Below are positions 17,759-26,996 of a DNA stretch of 54,852 nt, in pieces. Position numbers and translations under genes: made by a program. The DNA is from Prevotellaceae bacterium. Its GTDB lineage: Bacteria; Bacteroidota; Bacteroidia; Bacteroidales; UBA932. The notes under the pieces were generated by a model that saw nothing but the letters and a program-made list of their open reading frames with translations, was not told where the DNA came from and ran no database searches. Position 1 is the stretch's first letter. Each line of letters starts with the position of its first letter. The stretch lies in NCBI GenBank assembly GCA_031255195.1, contig JAIRSZ010000002.1, forward strand, positions 1 to 54,852, read 5' to 3'.

Positions 17759-19018
17759 ATGGAACAGAGCGAATACATAACGGCAATTGACATTGGCACG
17801 ACCAAGATTGCAGCCCTCGTGGGCAAGGTTACGGGCAACGGACGAATTTTGGTGGAGGAGCAGTACTGCACCCACTCGCGCGGCGTAAGGCGCGGCTTGG
17901 TGGAGAACGTTGAGGATACGGTGGACTCCATTAAGGAGTGTCTCGGCAAGCTCTACGAAAAAACGAATGTACGCCAGGAGAAAGTGGTGGTGGGTATCGC
18001 CGGACGGCACATATCGAGCCGGCAGGACAGCGCGAAGAAGATACGCCAAAACCCCAGGGCAATCATCACCCAAAGCGAGGTCGATGAGCTGCGAAGGCAG
18101 ATGGATAACATCTCCCTGAGTCCGGGTCAGAAAATACTTCAGGTTATCCCGCAGGAGTATGTCATAGACAACATGCCGGTGGACAAGGCCGTGGGGTATC
18201 AGGGGAACGTGCTCACCGGCAACTACTACATCGTGGTGAGCGATGTCGGCGCAATGGACAGAATTAAGCTGTGCATTGAGCGCTGCGGGCTGACGCTCAA
18301 CAACCTCGTCCTGGAGCCTATTGCCTCGGCCGAGGCGGTGCTCACCGCCGAGGAGCGGGAGGCCGGCGCCGTCCTGCTCGACATTGGCGGCGGAACGAGC
18401 GATATGGTGATTTACCACAAAAACGTTGTGCGCGTGGCGGAGGTCATTCCCTGTGGCGGCGAGGTTATCACAGAGGACATTCGCAAGGTTTACAAAGTGC
18501 CTCGGCAGGTGGCCGAGAAGATAAAGTGTCGCTACGGCTCGTGTTTCGAGGAATGTTGCTCGGACGACGTCATCATTCCCTACTACAAGGACGCGGCGCG
18601 GCGCGAGGTTGGGCACATCAGCGAGCGAAACCTGGCAGGCGTTATCTACGAGCGCATGGAGCAGATTATAGATGCGGTGGTCTACATCATCGGCGAGAGC
18701 GGTTTCGAGGACAAGGTGTCGAGCCTTGTGCTCACCGGCGGCGGATCGCTGATGAAGCATCTGCCCGAGCTCTTCCTGCTGCGCACCGGCCTCGACGTGC
18801 GCATAGGCTACCCCCGCGTGCAGCAGGTGGACGGCGGCGCGCGCGGCACGCTCAGCCCCATCATGGCCACCGGCGTAGGTCTCATGATGAGCGGATACCG
18901 CTCCGATGGCGGCAGCGGCGGCGGACTTATAGGCGGCTTTATTGACAAGATTAAGGGGAAGGTGACAAAATTTGCTACTGATATATTCACCGAAAACGAC
19001 TCGCACCTGCTACAGTAG
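17759..19018 (+). CDS. ftsA: cell division protein FtsA
   Basis: Actin-fold phosphate motifs ITAIDIGTTKIAALVG and LLDIGGGTSDMVIY. Confidence 0.9.
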   Translation: MEQSEYITAIDIGTTKIAALVGKVTGNGRILVEEQYCTHSRGVRRGLVENVEDTVDSIKECLGKLYEKTNVRQEKVVVGIAGRHISSRQDSAKKIRQNPRAIITQSEVDELRRQMDNISLSPGQKILQVIPQEYVIDNMPVDKAVGYQGNVLTGNYYIVVSDVGAMDRIKLCIERCGLTLNNLVLEPIASAEAVLTAEEREAGAVLLDIGGGTSDMVIYHKNVVRVAEVIPCGGEVITEDIRKVYKVPRQVAEKIKCRYGSCFEECCSDDVIIPYYKDAARREVGHISERNLAGVIYERMEQIIDAVVYIIGESGFEDKVSSLVLTGGGSLMKHLPELFLLRTGLDVRIGYPRVQQVDGGARGTLSPIMATGVGLMMSGYRSDGGSGGGLIGGFIDKIKGKVTKFATDIFTENDSHLLQ

Positions 19019-19077
19019 CGGCAAGCGGCGGGAGACAATATTTCTTTAGTGTTAATTATAAGTTTAAATTTTAGGCA

Positions 19078-20484
19078 ATGGAAGATATGATTGAGTGGGG
19101 CGACTCCGGCAGCGGCGCATCCATCATTAAGGTAGTGGGCGTTGGCGGCGGCGGCTGCAACGCCGTTAACCACATGTACAAGCTTGGCATTAAGGACGTG
19201 GGGTTTATTGTGTGCAACACCGACATGCAGGCGCTCAGCAACAGTCCGGTGCCCGTAAAGGTGCAGCTGGGCAAAAAAATTACCGAAGGCCTTGGTGCAG
19301 GCTCGGAGCCTGAGCGGGGGCGAATGGCCGCTGAGGAGAGCCTGAACGAAATAGCAGAGCTGATGCAGGGCAACACCAAGATGGTCTTCATCACCGCAGG
19401 AATGGGCGGCGGCACCGGAACCGGCGCTGCGCCCGTCATTGCAAAGATGACCAAGAACATGGGAATCCTCACTGTGGCCATTGTCACCATACCGTTCCAG
19501 AGCATGGAGCCGCTGCGCATAGAGACCGCCTACAGCGGCATCCGCGAGCTGCGGAAGTACGTCGACTCGCTGCTGGTCATAAACAACGAAAGGCTCCTCA
19601 CCCTCTACGGCGACCTCAAATTTTCCGAATCCTTTGCCAAGGCCGACGAGGTGCTGTGCACCGCCGCCAAGAGCATTGCCGAAATCATCACCGTATCGGG
19701 GCACATCAACGTAGACTTTGCCGACGTGCGCACGGTGATGCAGGATAGCGGCGTAGCCCTCATCGGCATTGGCCGCTGTTCGGGCGAAGACCGCGCCATG
19801 AGAGCTGTCAACCAGGCCATCACCTCGCCCCTGCTGTACAACAACAGTATTCGTGGCGCAAAGAAAATGCTGGTCAACATCATGATGGGCGACGGCGATA
19901 ACGAGCTTAGCGCCAACGAAATCAAGAGCATCAACGGCGTTATCCGCGAGGAGGTGGGCGGCGACGGAATACCCAACATCAAGACCGGCGCAGGCATAAG
20001 CTCCTCGCTGGGCAACGAGGTCACGGTGAGCATCATTGCTACCGGCTTCGAGATGGGGGACATCGACATCCCCGACGACACGGGGGACAGGAAACCTCCT
20101 AAATCGAGCGCGTCCAAGGGGTCGCCCGAAATCCTCATACCTCCCATTGAGCCGGACGACGAGGATATCTTCCCCATAGAGACCATCATATCGAAAGGCG
20201 GCGATGTAAGGCGGACGGGGAGAAACCACCACTACTCGCCGGTGGACAGGGTTGCAGGCGTGGGCGTTGTGCCAAAAAACTTAGACCCGCAGGGGGTGCG
20301 CATACCCGCTTTGCTGGACAAGACAAAGCCCATCGAGGAGCTGGAGCGGCGTCCTGCTCGCTCTGCAAGGCAGACAGGGAGCAGCGGCTACGACGAAGGC
20401 GAAATTTCCAAGTATACCTTCAACAAAAACTCCAGCAGGTGGGAGACCACCGCTGCCGCATACATCAACGGAAAACCCGATTGA
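19078..20484 (+). CDS. ftsZ: cell division protein FtsZ
   Basis: VVGVGGGGCNAVNHM and the tubulin signature AGMGGGTGTGAAPVIA, with a long disordered C-terminal linker. Confidence 0.95.
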   Translation: MEDMIEWGDSGSGASIIKVVGVGGGGCNAVNHMYKLGIKDVGFIVCNTDMQALSNSPVPVKVQLGKKITEGLGAGSEPERGRMAAEESLNEIAELMQGNTKMVFITAGMGGGTGTGAAPVIAKMTKNMGILTVAIVTIPFQSMEPLRIETAYSGIRELRKYVDSLLVINNERLLTLYGDLKFSESFAKADEVLCTAAKSIAEIITVSGHINVDFADVRTVMQDSGVALIGIGRCSGEDRAMRAVNQAITSPLLYNNSIRGAKKMLVNIMMGDGDNELSANEIKSINGVIREEVGGDGIPNIKTGAGISSSLGNEVTVSIIATGFEMGDIDIPDDTGDRKPPKSSASKGSPEILIPPIEPDDEDIFPIETIISKGGDVRRTGRNHHYSPVDRVAGVGVVPKNLDPQGVRIPALLDKTKPIEELERRPARSARQTGSSGYDEGEISKYTFNKNSSRWETTAAAYINGKPD

Positions 20485-20535
20485 CAGGGAGGAATTTCAA
20501 AACAACAACAACAAATAACAAAACACACAAAAGTT

Positions 20536-20988
20536 ATGTCATTAGAGCAGCAAGTAGCGAGCGGCATCAAGGAAGCCATGCTCGCTAAGGAAGGTAAAAA
20601 GCTCGAGGCGCTGCGGGCTATTAAGGCAGCCATCCTGCTGGCAAAAACCGAAAAGAGCGGAGCCGCCGACCTCACGCCCGATGCGGAGATTAAGCTTCTG
20701 CAAAAGCTGGTGAAGCAGCGCAGGGAGTCTGCCGAAATCTACGCCCAAAACGGGCGTCCGGAGCTGGCCGAGAAGGAAACGTTCGAGGCTGGCGTTATAG
20801 AAGCCTACCTTCCCGCGCAGCTCAGCGAAAGCGAGGTGGCCGACGAGGTGAAGAAAATTGTTGCCCAGCTGGGCGCTACCTCCGCAAAGGACATGGGAAA
20901 GGTCATGGGGCTTGCCTCGAAAAACCTTTCCGGCAAGGCCGACAGCGCAGCTATAGCAAAGGCGGCAAAGGCGCTGCTCGTCGGCTGA
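20536..20988 (+). CDS. GatB/YqeY domain-containing protein
   Basis: 150 aa. MSLEQQVASGIKEAMLAKEGKKLEALRAIKAAI... is typical of the YqeY family. Confidence 0.8.
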   Translation: MSLEQQVASGIKEAMLAKEGKKLEALRAIKAAILLAKTEKSGAADLTPDAEIKLLQKLVKQRRESAEIYAQNGRPELAEKETFEAGVIEAYLPAQLSESEVADEVKKIVAQLGATSAKDMGKVMGLASKNLSGKADSAAIAKAAKALLVG

Positions 20989-21047
20989 CGAACAGGAGAG
21001 CGGAATAATGGACACGCCGCGCCGGTGGATTTTTCCTGTTAGCGTCG

Positions 21048-21074
21048 AAACATTTTCAACCTTTGATTCGCATT
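21048..21074 (+). repeat. copy A of the conserved 27-nt motif AAACAYTTTCAACCTTTGATTYGCATT
   Basis: aaacattttcaacctttgattcgcatt has only 2 mismatches to the reverse complement of 49278-49304. Confidence 0.8.
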
Positions 21075-21153
21075 GCTGAATTTGTGCGGATCAAGATAAA
21101 AAATTGCGTGACGTCAACGCGCATATACCGGCGGTGTAGCGGTTGCAAAAGTT

Positions 21154-21663
21154 CTACTTTGCTGTCAGCAAACGCTCGGCGGCGAAGACCTCCCTGATGG
21201 AAGGGTAGGAGGCGGCTAAGCAGGCGGCCGCTTTTTCGGCAGACAAAAATTCGGCCGTCTCAATTCCCTCCTCCGCCTGTGGGCGCAGCAGGCAGCGGCT
21301 GCCCGCGTAGCTCATGGCGTACCAGGTGGTTTGCTTGAGCACGTTGGTTTCCTGTAGCGTGTAGGTGTGGTAGGTAACGTGCAGCAGCCCCTGCAACGTT
21401 AGCCCGTCAATGCCGCACTCCTCCATGACCTCGCGGATGGCGGTTTGTTCCAAGCTTTCGCCCGCCTCGCGCTTGCCCTTGGGCAGGTCCCACCTGCCGT
21501 TGCGAAAAATTACCAGATACTCGCCGTCGCTGTTTTTAACCAGCCCACCGGCGGCCTCAATCAGCAGGTGGCGGCTGCAAAAGTGTGCCCATTCGCTCTC
21601 GCTCACCTGCACCTCGCTGTCGCAGGAGGACACCCTGTAGTAGTTTGCCATATAAAAAGCCAA
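21154..21663 (-). CDS. NUDIX hydrolase
   Basis: Nudix box GKREAGESLEQTAIREVMEECGI. Confidence 0.85.
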   Translation of the reverse strand: MAFYMANYYRVSSCDSEVQVSESEWAHFCSRHLLIEAAGGLVKNSDGEYLVIFRNGRWDLPKGKREAGESLEQTAIREVMEECGIDGLTLQGLLHVTYHTYTLQETNVLKQTTWYAMSYAGSRCLLRPQAEEGIETAEFLSAEKAAACLAASYPSIREVFAAERLLTAK

Positions 21664-21734
21664 AAAAAGTTTTGAAAAATTAAAGCCTCAAAAAACCTTG
21701 TAGAGTTTAAAGTTAAGCCCCTGCGCGCGGAGCG

Positions 21735-22343
21735 TCAAATCAGCACGCCGGCGCCCTCGCGCACCAGCTCGTAGGGCTGCACCGTGCAGTCGATAATGGT
21801 GGAGGGAACGTTTCCGCCCGCTCCGCCGTCTATAACGATGTCCACCAGCTTGCCGTAGCGCTCGTCCAGCTCGGCGGGGTCGGTGATGTACTCCAGCACC
21901 TCGTCCGGGCTTTTGGTGGAGGTGGTGAGCAGCGGACAGCCCAGCTGCTCGAGCAGGGCTACCACAATCCGGCTGTTGGGGATGCGCACCCCTATGCTCT
22001 TGCGGCGGTTTTGCAGCTTGTCCGGCACTTTGCCCGACGCCTTGAGGATGAAGGTAAACGCCCCCGGAAGATTTTGCTTGAGCACCTTAAAGGTTGGGTT
22101 GTCAACCTTGGCGTAGTCTGCCAGGTAGCTCAGGTTGGGAAAAACAAAAGAGAAGTTAGCGTCTTTGCTTTTCACTCCCTTTATGCGCAAAAGCGTTTCG
22201 TAGGCTTTCTTGCTGTTCAGGGCGCACATAAAGGCGTACACCGTGTCGGTAGGGCAGATAATCACGCCGTCCTGTTGCAGCGTGCAGGCTACCTGCGCAA
22301 CCTCGCGGGCGTTGGGGTTGGTGGGATGAATGTGTAGAAGCAT
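21735..22343 (-). CDS. tsaC: L-threonylcarbamoyladenylate synthase, YrdC/TsaC family
   Basis: 202 aa with the ICPTDTVYAFMC motif (PTDTVY of the YrdC/Sua5 fold). Confidence 0.75.
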   Translation of the reverse strand: MLLHIHPTNPNAREVAQVACTLQQDGVIICPTDTVYAFMCALNSKKAYETLLRIKGVKSKDANFSFVFPNLSYLADYAKVDNPTFKVLKQNLPGAFTFILKASGKVPDKLQNRRKSIGVRIPNSRIVVALLEQLGCPLLTTSTKSPDEVLEYITDPAELDERYGKLVDIVIDGGAGGNVPSTIIDCTVQPYELVREGAGVLI

Positions 22344-22422
22344 CTGTTTTTCGGGTTATGCTGATTTTGTGCCCTCGCTTTTTGCGCGAGCGTGAAGATT
22401 TTGTTCTCCTGTTTCACCGGCA

Positions 22423-22445
22423 ACAAAAAAAGGGGCAAGCCCCTT
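22423..22445 (-). terminator. rho-independent terminator following the SRP RNA
   Basis: The minus strand reads aagggg-cttg-cccctt followed by ttttttt. Confidence 0.7.
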
Positions 22446-22536
22446 ATATCGCACCGCTACAACCACCTACCCTTGCTGCCTTCCGGCCCTGGGGGAATTC
22501 GGCAGGAGCTGGTCGTATAAGACTCACCCCAAAGCG
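22446..22536 (-). ncRNA. ffs: signal recognition particle RNA (small 4.5S-type)
   Basis: The minus strand contains CCCCAGGGCCGGAAGGCAGCAAGGGTAGG, matching the conserved domain IV core (..AGG.CCGGAAGG.AGCA..) with a GGAA tetraloop. The 5' CTTATA pairs with the 3' TATAAG. A -7 box and a terminator flank it. The ends are approximate. Confidence 0.8.
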
Positions 22537-22540
22537 GGCA

Positions 22541-22548
22541 CAAAGATA
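22541..22548 (-). promoter_or_regulatory. -7 box TATCTTTG driving the SRP RNA
   Basis: Minus-strand TATCTTTG (TAnnTTTG) lies immediately upstream of the predicted RNA 5' end. Confidence 0.5.
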
Positions 22549-22580
22549 GTACAATCTTTTTATTTCACAAACAAAACCCT

Positions 22581-22588
22581 TATCTTTG
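22581..22588 (+). promoter_or_regulatory. -7 box TATCTTTG upstream of the GT2 gene (divergent from the ffs promoter)
   Basis: Plus-strand TATCTTTG, 24 nt upstream of the GTG start at 22612. Confidence 0.45.
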
Positions 22589-22611
22589 CACCAAATTTAT
22601 TCGGATAAAAC

Positions 22612-23562
22612 GTGGATGTATCAATTGTTATACCCTTGTACAACGAGGAGGAGTCGCTGCCGGAGCTCATGGCGTGGATAAAGCGCGTGGTAGATCAGAG
22701 CCAGCTTAGCTGCGAGGTAATCATGGTCGATGATGGTAGCATCGACGGCTCGTGGAGCGTGGTGCGGCAGCTTGCAAACGCCTACGGCGAAATGCTGCGC
22801 GGCATACGCTTTCAGCGCAACTACGGCAAGGCGGCTGCGCTTTTCTGCGGCTTTGAGGCGGCGCGGGGCGAGGTGGTCATCACTATGGACGCAGACCTGC
22901 AGGACAGCCCCGACGAAATTCCTGAGCTTTACCGCATGGTTGCCGTAGAGGGCTACGATGTGGCTTCGGGGTGGAAGAAAAAACGCTACGACCCGATTGA
23001 TAAGCGACTACCAAGCAAGCTCTACAACGCCACGGTGCGTTACATCACCGGCATCAAGCTGCACGACTTCAACTGCGGCCTTAAAGCCTACAGAAAGAAG
23101 GTGGTGAAAAGCATCGAAGTGTTTGGCGACATGCACCGCTACATTCCGGTGCTGGCCAAGCAGTCAGGATTCAAAAAGATTGGCGAAAAGGTGGTGCAGC
23201 ACAGGCCGCGAAAGTACGGCGAGAGCAAATTCGGCTGGAAGCGCCTCGTGACGGGCTTTCTCGACCTCATGTCGGTTGTTTTCCTGACGAGGTTTGGAAA
23301 AAAACCCATGCACTTTTTCGGGCTGCTGGGCATATTCATGGTCTTGATTGGGCTGGCAATGGCGGTGTACCTCGGTGTAGCCAAAGTTTACCGCCTGAAT
23401 CACAGCCTTCCGGCAGGCCTCATTACCAACAGCCCCTACTTCTTCATCGGGCTAACGGCAATGATTATCGGCACGCTGCTTTTCATGTCGGGCTACCTGG
23501 GCGAGCTCATTGCCCGCAACGCAGGCGACCGCAACTACTACCTGATAGAGGAAAAAATATAG
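22612..23562 (+). CDS. glycosyltransferase family 2 (polyprenyl-phosphate glycosyltransferase-like, two C-terminal TM helices)
   Basis: VSIVIPLYNEEESL, VDDGSIDGS and the DxD motif MDADLQD. The C-terminal hydrophobic pair resembles GtrB/ArnC-type enzymes. Confidence 0.85.
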   Translation: MDVSIVIPLYNEEESLPELMAWIKRVVDQSQLSCEVIMVDDGSIDGSWSVVRQLANAYGEMLRGIRFQRNYGKAAALFCGFEAARGEVVITMDADLQDSPDEIPELYRMVAVEGYDVASGWKKKRYDPIDKRLPSKLYNATVRYITGIKLHDFNCGLKAYRKKVVKSIEVFGDMHRYIPVLAKQSGFKKIGEKVVQHRPRKYGESKFGWKRLVTGFLDLMSVVFLTRFGKKPMHFFGLLGIFMVLIGLAMAVYLGVAKVYRLNHSLPAGLITNSPYFFIGLTAMIIGTLLFMSGYLGELIARNAGDRNYYLIEEKI

Positions 23563-23685
23563 CGCGACATCTAACTTGCACAGAGCAGGTGAGCGGACGG
23601 GCTTACTTTGAGTAGCATTTACTGATTGAACTTACGAAAAGTGGCTGCTGCTGCTACCCGCAGATGGATAGATATGTCGTGCGTT

Positions 23686-24387
23686 TTAGGGTGAGCAGGT
23701 AGCCGCCACGCAGCACGCCACCACGCCGGCGGTTTCGGTGCGCAGCCGGCTGTTGCCCAAGCTGACCTCCACAAATCCGTTTTGCCGCGCCAGCGCCACC
23801 TCTGTCGGGCTGAAATCACCTTCGGGGCCAATCAGCGTCAGCGTGCGTCCGCAGGGCTGCACGGCGTTTTGTAGCGGAATCTTTTGCGATGCCATGCAGT
23901 GGGCTATGCACTTAACGCCGTCGAAGGGTTGCGCCGCAAAAGCGGCAAAGCTCTGCATTGGGTGTAGCGTCGGGTGGTACGCCTTGAGCGATTGCTTTAC
24001 CGCCGCCGTAATTACCTTTTCCAGCCGCTCTGCCTTCACCACCTTGCGCTCGGAGCGTTCGCACAGCAGCGGTGTAATCTCGTCCACGCCTATTTCGGTT
24101 GCCTTTTCCAAAAACCACTCGTACCGCTCAATGTTTTTGGTAGGGGCAAGCGCCACGTGCAGGTAGCCGCTTCGCCTGCCCACTTCGCGCTGCACGTTGG
24201 TTATGCGCACCGTGCAACGCTTGGCGTGCGCGTCGGCAATCCGTGCTTCGTACAGGCCTCCGCGCCCGTCGGTGAGGTGCACGGCGTCGCCTGCGCCCAG
24301 CCGCAGCACGCGCGTGCAGTGCTGCGACTCCTCCTCGCTGAGCGTGTAGGTATCGCCGGATATGTCGGGGGTATAGAAAAGGTGCAT
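23686..24387 (-). CDS. rsmE: 16S rRNA (uracil1498-N3)-methyltransferase RsmE
   Basis: MHLFYTPDI...SEEESQHCTRVLRLGAGDAVHLTDGRG... is the typical RsmE N-terminus. The C-terminal LIGPEGDFS motif is present. Confidence 0.85.
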   Translation of the reverse strand: MHLFYTPDISGDTYTLSEEESQHCTRVLRLGAGDAVHLTDGRGGLYEARIADAHAKRCTVRITNVQREVGRRSGYLHVALAPTKNIERYEWFLEKATEIGVDEITPLLCERSERKVVKAERLEKVITAAVKQSLKAYHPTLHPMQSFAAFAAQPFDGVKCIAHCMASQKIPLQNAVQPCGRTLTLIGPEGDFSPTEVALARQNGFVEVSLGNSRLRTETAGVVACCVAATCSP

Positions 24388-24421
24388 CGGAGGTTATATT
24401 TTTGCAAGGTGAATCAAAAAA

Positions 24422-25609
24422 TTATCTTTTGCCTGTTTTAATCCACGTGGCTTTTTTCCATAGCCATTCGAGAGGGCCTTGACGATGTGAACGCATCCAC
24501 CGGCGGCTAAAAAAGAGCTGAATAAGAAACATTCCGATACCCATAAAGAAGCAGGCTGTGATACCGGTGTACCTATAAAGCCCCAATCCCCAGTTGTAGA
24601 AAAGGAATCCTCCAATAAGCGACTGTGAGAGGTAGTTTGTAAAGCTCATACGGCCATAAGGGGCTAAATGTTGAAGGATATGCCCAAAGCGCGTCAGGTA
24701 GTAGAGAAGGATTATTCCGGCAAACAGTATTCCCGTAAAGGCAGCGTTGGCAAGGGTAGACAAAGTAAGCGACAAAGGCGCAAGGACGGCTTCCCTGCTT
24801 ATAAAATCGGGAATTACGGAGTTTAATCCGTAGAGAACGAAGAATGTCGTAATTGAGATAGCAAGTACGTTTAACCACAGCTTCAAATTTTTTTCCGAGC
24901 ACGTCAGGGTCTTGCTTCGCCCGATTACCATTCCGAGCATAAACATTGCCGCCGTTTGAAGAATACGGCCATGTGTAAGCATCCACCCCATATTGGCAAC
25001 ATTTCCCGTCCATATAGCCGTTGTGCACATTTCAAGGAAAGAGCCTTCCTTTTGGACTGAATTTACAATGTCCCAATACGGCGCGTCTACAGGCGCGCCG
25101 GGAGCATAACCCGAATTGGCGAGGGCGTATACTATTTTCCCTATCTCGATGGGTTGAATGAGTAAAATCGCAGCAATCCACAACACGGAGCGGCTCGACA
25201 ATCTACACACGGCGATTAGCACATATCCCACCAAGGCATATAAAACGAGGATTTCGCCGGGGAAAAGCGTTGAGTTGATGCACGCGAAGCCCAATAGCAG
25301 TAGCAGCCGCCATGCGAAACGCCCCCGAAAATCGCGCCCTTTTTGCTTTTGGGAGTTATCCTGTATGAAGAAGCTGAATCCGAAAAGCAGCGCGAAAATG
25401 CAGTAGGCTTTGCCGGAAATGGTAAAAAATACGCTGTCCCAGATTATCTTGTCCGTAAATACCAGAAATTGGCAGGTTTCTTTCGGAAAGCTGTAGAGGC
25501 TAAACCGTTCGATAAAATGGATAAGGGTGATTCCCATTACAGCAAAGCCGCGTAGTACATCGGCAACTTTTATGCGATTATCATTGGTTAATGTCGTAGG
25601 TAAATTCAT
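24422..25609 (-). CDS. DUF418/YeiB-like polytopic membrane protein
   Basis: 395 aa and multi-TM. The N-terminal ...VADVLRGFAVMGITLIHF... is typical of DUF418/acyltransferase_3-like proteins. G+C is visibly lower than in the neighbours. Confidence 0.6.
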   Translation of the reverse strand: MNLPTTLTNDNRIKVADVLRGFAVMGITLIHFIERFSLYSFPKETCQFLVFTDKIIWDSVFFTISGKAYCIFALLFGFSFFIQDNSQKQKGRDFRGRFAWRLLLLLGFACINSTLFPGEILVLYALVGYVLIAVCRLSSRSVLWIAAILLIQPIEIGKIVYALANSGYAPGAPVDAPYWDIVNSVQKEGSFLEMCTTAIWTGNVANMGWMLTHGRILQTAAMFMLGMVIGRSKTLTCSEKNLKLWLNVLAISITTFFVLYGLNSVIPDFISREAVLAPLSLTLSTLANAAFTGILFAGIILLYYLTRFGHILQHLAPYGRMSFTNYLSQSLIGGFLFYNWGLGLYRYTGITACFFMGIGMFLIQLFFSRRWMRSHRQGPLEWLWKKATWIKTGKR

Positions 25610-25775
25610 GTGTTTTTATGGAATGTTTCGGGAAATGGGAGAGTGAATAAATCCGTATTGAAATTTGTCATTGGTATTTTTACAGCGGCAGCCAAAAGGC
25701 ACAAAAAAACACGTTTAAACGTTAGGTGCGCAGAAATGCGCATCTAACGTTTAAACGTGCCCTGAGCATGTGCAA

Positions 25776-26945
25776 TTATGCTCCAACGCTCAGCTTTCTT
25801 GCACCATCCTTGATGGCTACGTTGTATACGATAGGTTTGATGTTGAACTTCTTTTCGTATGCCTCGGTTGCTTCCTTGACGAAGCTGTCGCAGAGCTCAT
25901 CTTTTACAAGGTTTATGGTGCATCCGCCAAAGCCGCCGCCCATAACGCGCGACCCGGCTACCCCGTGCTCCTTGGCCTTTTCGTTGAGAAAGTCGAGCTC
26001 CGGGCAGCTAACGGTGTACTTCAGGCTCAAGCCGGTGTGCGTTTCGTACATCTTCCGTCCTGCGGCTTCGTAGTCGCCCTTTTTCAGCAGCTCGCAGGTG
26101 TCGAGCAGCCGCTGAATTTCCTCAATAACAAACTCGGCGCGGATATAGTCAACGGCGCTCACCTGGTTGGCCACCTCCTTTAGCATGTCAAGGTTAGCGT
26201 CGCGGAGCAGCGAAACCTTGGGGTGTTTTTTGGCGATGGCGGCAACCACTCTTTCGCACGATTCGCGCCGCTCGTTGTACTCGCCTCCGAGCATGTGCGC
26301 TACGCAAGTGTTGATGAGCACCAGCTTGTACCCTTTCGGGTCAAACGGGAAGTACTCGTACTCCAGCGATCGGCAGTCTAACCGGATGAGCGACCCCTCC
26401 TTTCCGAAGCAGGAGGCAAACTGATCCATGATGCCGCACTTTACGCCCACGTAGTTGTGCTCGGTAGCCTGACCTGCCAGCGCAAGCTGTAGGCGGTCGA
26501 AGTTGAGCTTGAAGGTATCGTTTAGCGCAAAGCCTACGCAGCTCTCCAGCGCAGCCGACGACGACATGCCTGCGCCGAGCGGCACGTTGCCGGAAATCAG
26601 GATGTCGAATCCGGGGATTTCAGCCCCCTTTTTTGCCAGCTCTCGGCACACGCCAAAGATGTACTGCGCCCACCTGTCCTTTGGCTTATCCGCCTCGTTC
26701 AGGCCAAATTCGCTGCTTAGCGACACCAGCTGCGGATTTTCGTCGGGTGCATAGGCGCGAACTTTGGCCGTGCCGTTAGGCCGGATAATGCAGTAGATGG
26801 CCTTGTCAATGGCGCCGGGCAGCACGAAGCCGCCGTTGTAGTCCGTATGCTCGCCTATCAGGTTGATGCGTCCGGGAGCGGTGTATACAGCGCCCTCTGC
26901 GCCGTACAACTCCTTGAATTTCGTTGTGATTTTTGCTATGTCCAT
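25776..26945 (-). CDS. galK: galactokinase
   Basis: GRINLIGEHTDYNGGFVLP galactokinase signature and GAGMSSSAALE GHMP motif. Confidence 0.95.
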   Translation of the reverse strand: MDIAKITTKFKELYGAEGAVYTAPGRINLIGEHTDYNGGFVLPGAIDKAIYCIIRPNGTAKVRAYAPDENPQLVSLSSEFGLNEADKPKDRWAQYIFGVCRELAKKGAEIPGFDILISGNVPLGAGMSSSAALESCVGFALNDTFKLNFDRLQLALAGQATEHNYVGVKCGIMDQFASCFGKEGSLIRLDCRSLEYEYFPFDPKGYKLVLINTCVAHMLGGEYNERRESCERVVAAIAKKHPKVSLLRDANLDMLKEVANQVSAVDYIRAEFVIEEIQRLLDTCELLKKGDYEAAGRKMYETHTGLSLKYTVSCPELDFLNEKAKEHGVAGSRVMGGGFGGCTINLVKDELCDSFVKEATEAYEKKFNIKPIVYNVAIKDGARKLSVGA

Positions 26946-26996
26946 AGTTGTATGAGTTTTAAATGGTTTTTATAAATTCAGCGGATGAAAAAATAC

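Noticed and set aside
17741-20232. 421-aa and 474-aa minus-strand ORFs (17741-19006, 18808-20232) opposite ftsA and ftsZ.
   Set aside because: The sense strand carries unmistakable FtsA and FtsZ signatures. The antisense products are low-complexity with no recognisable domain.
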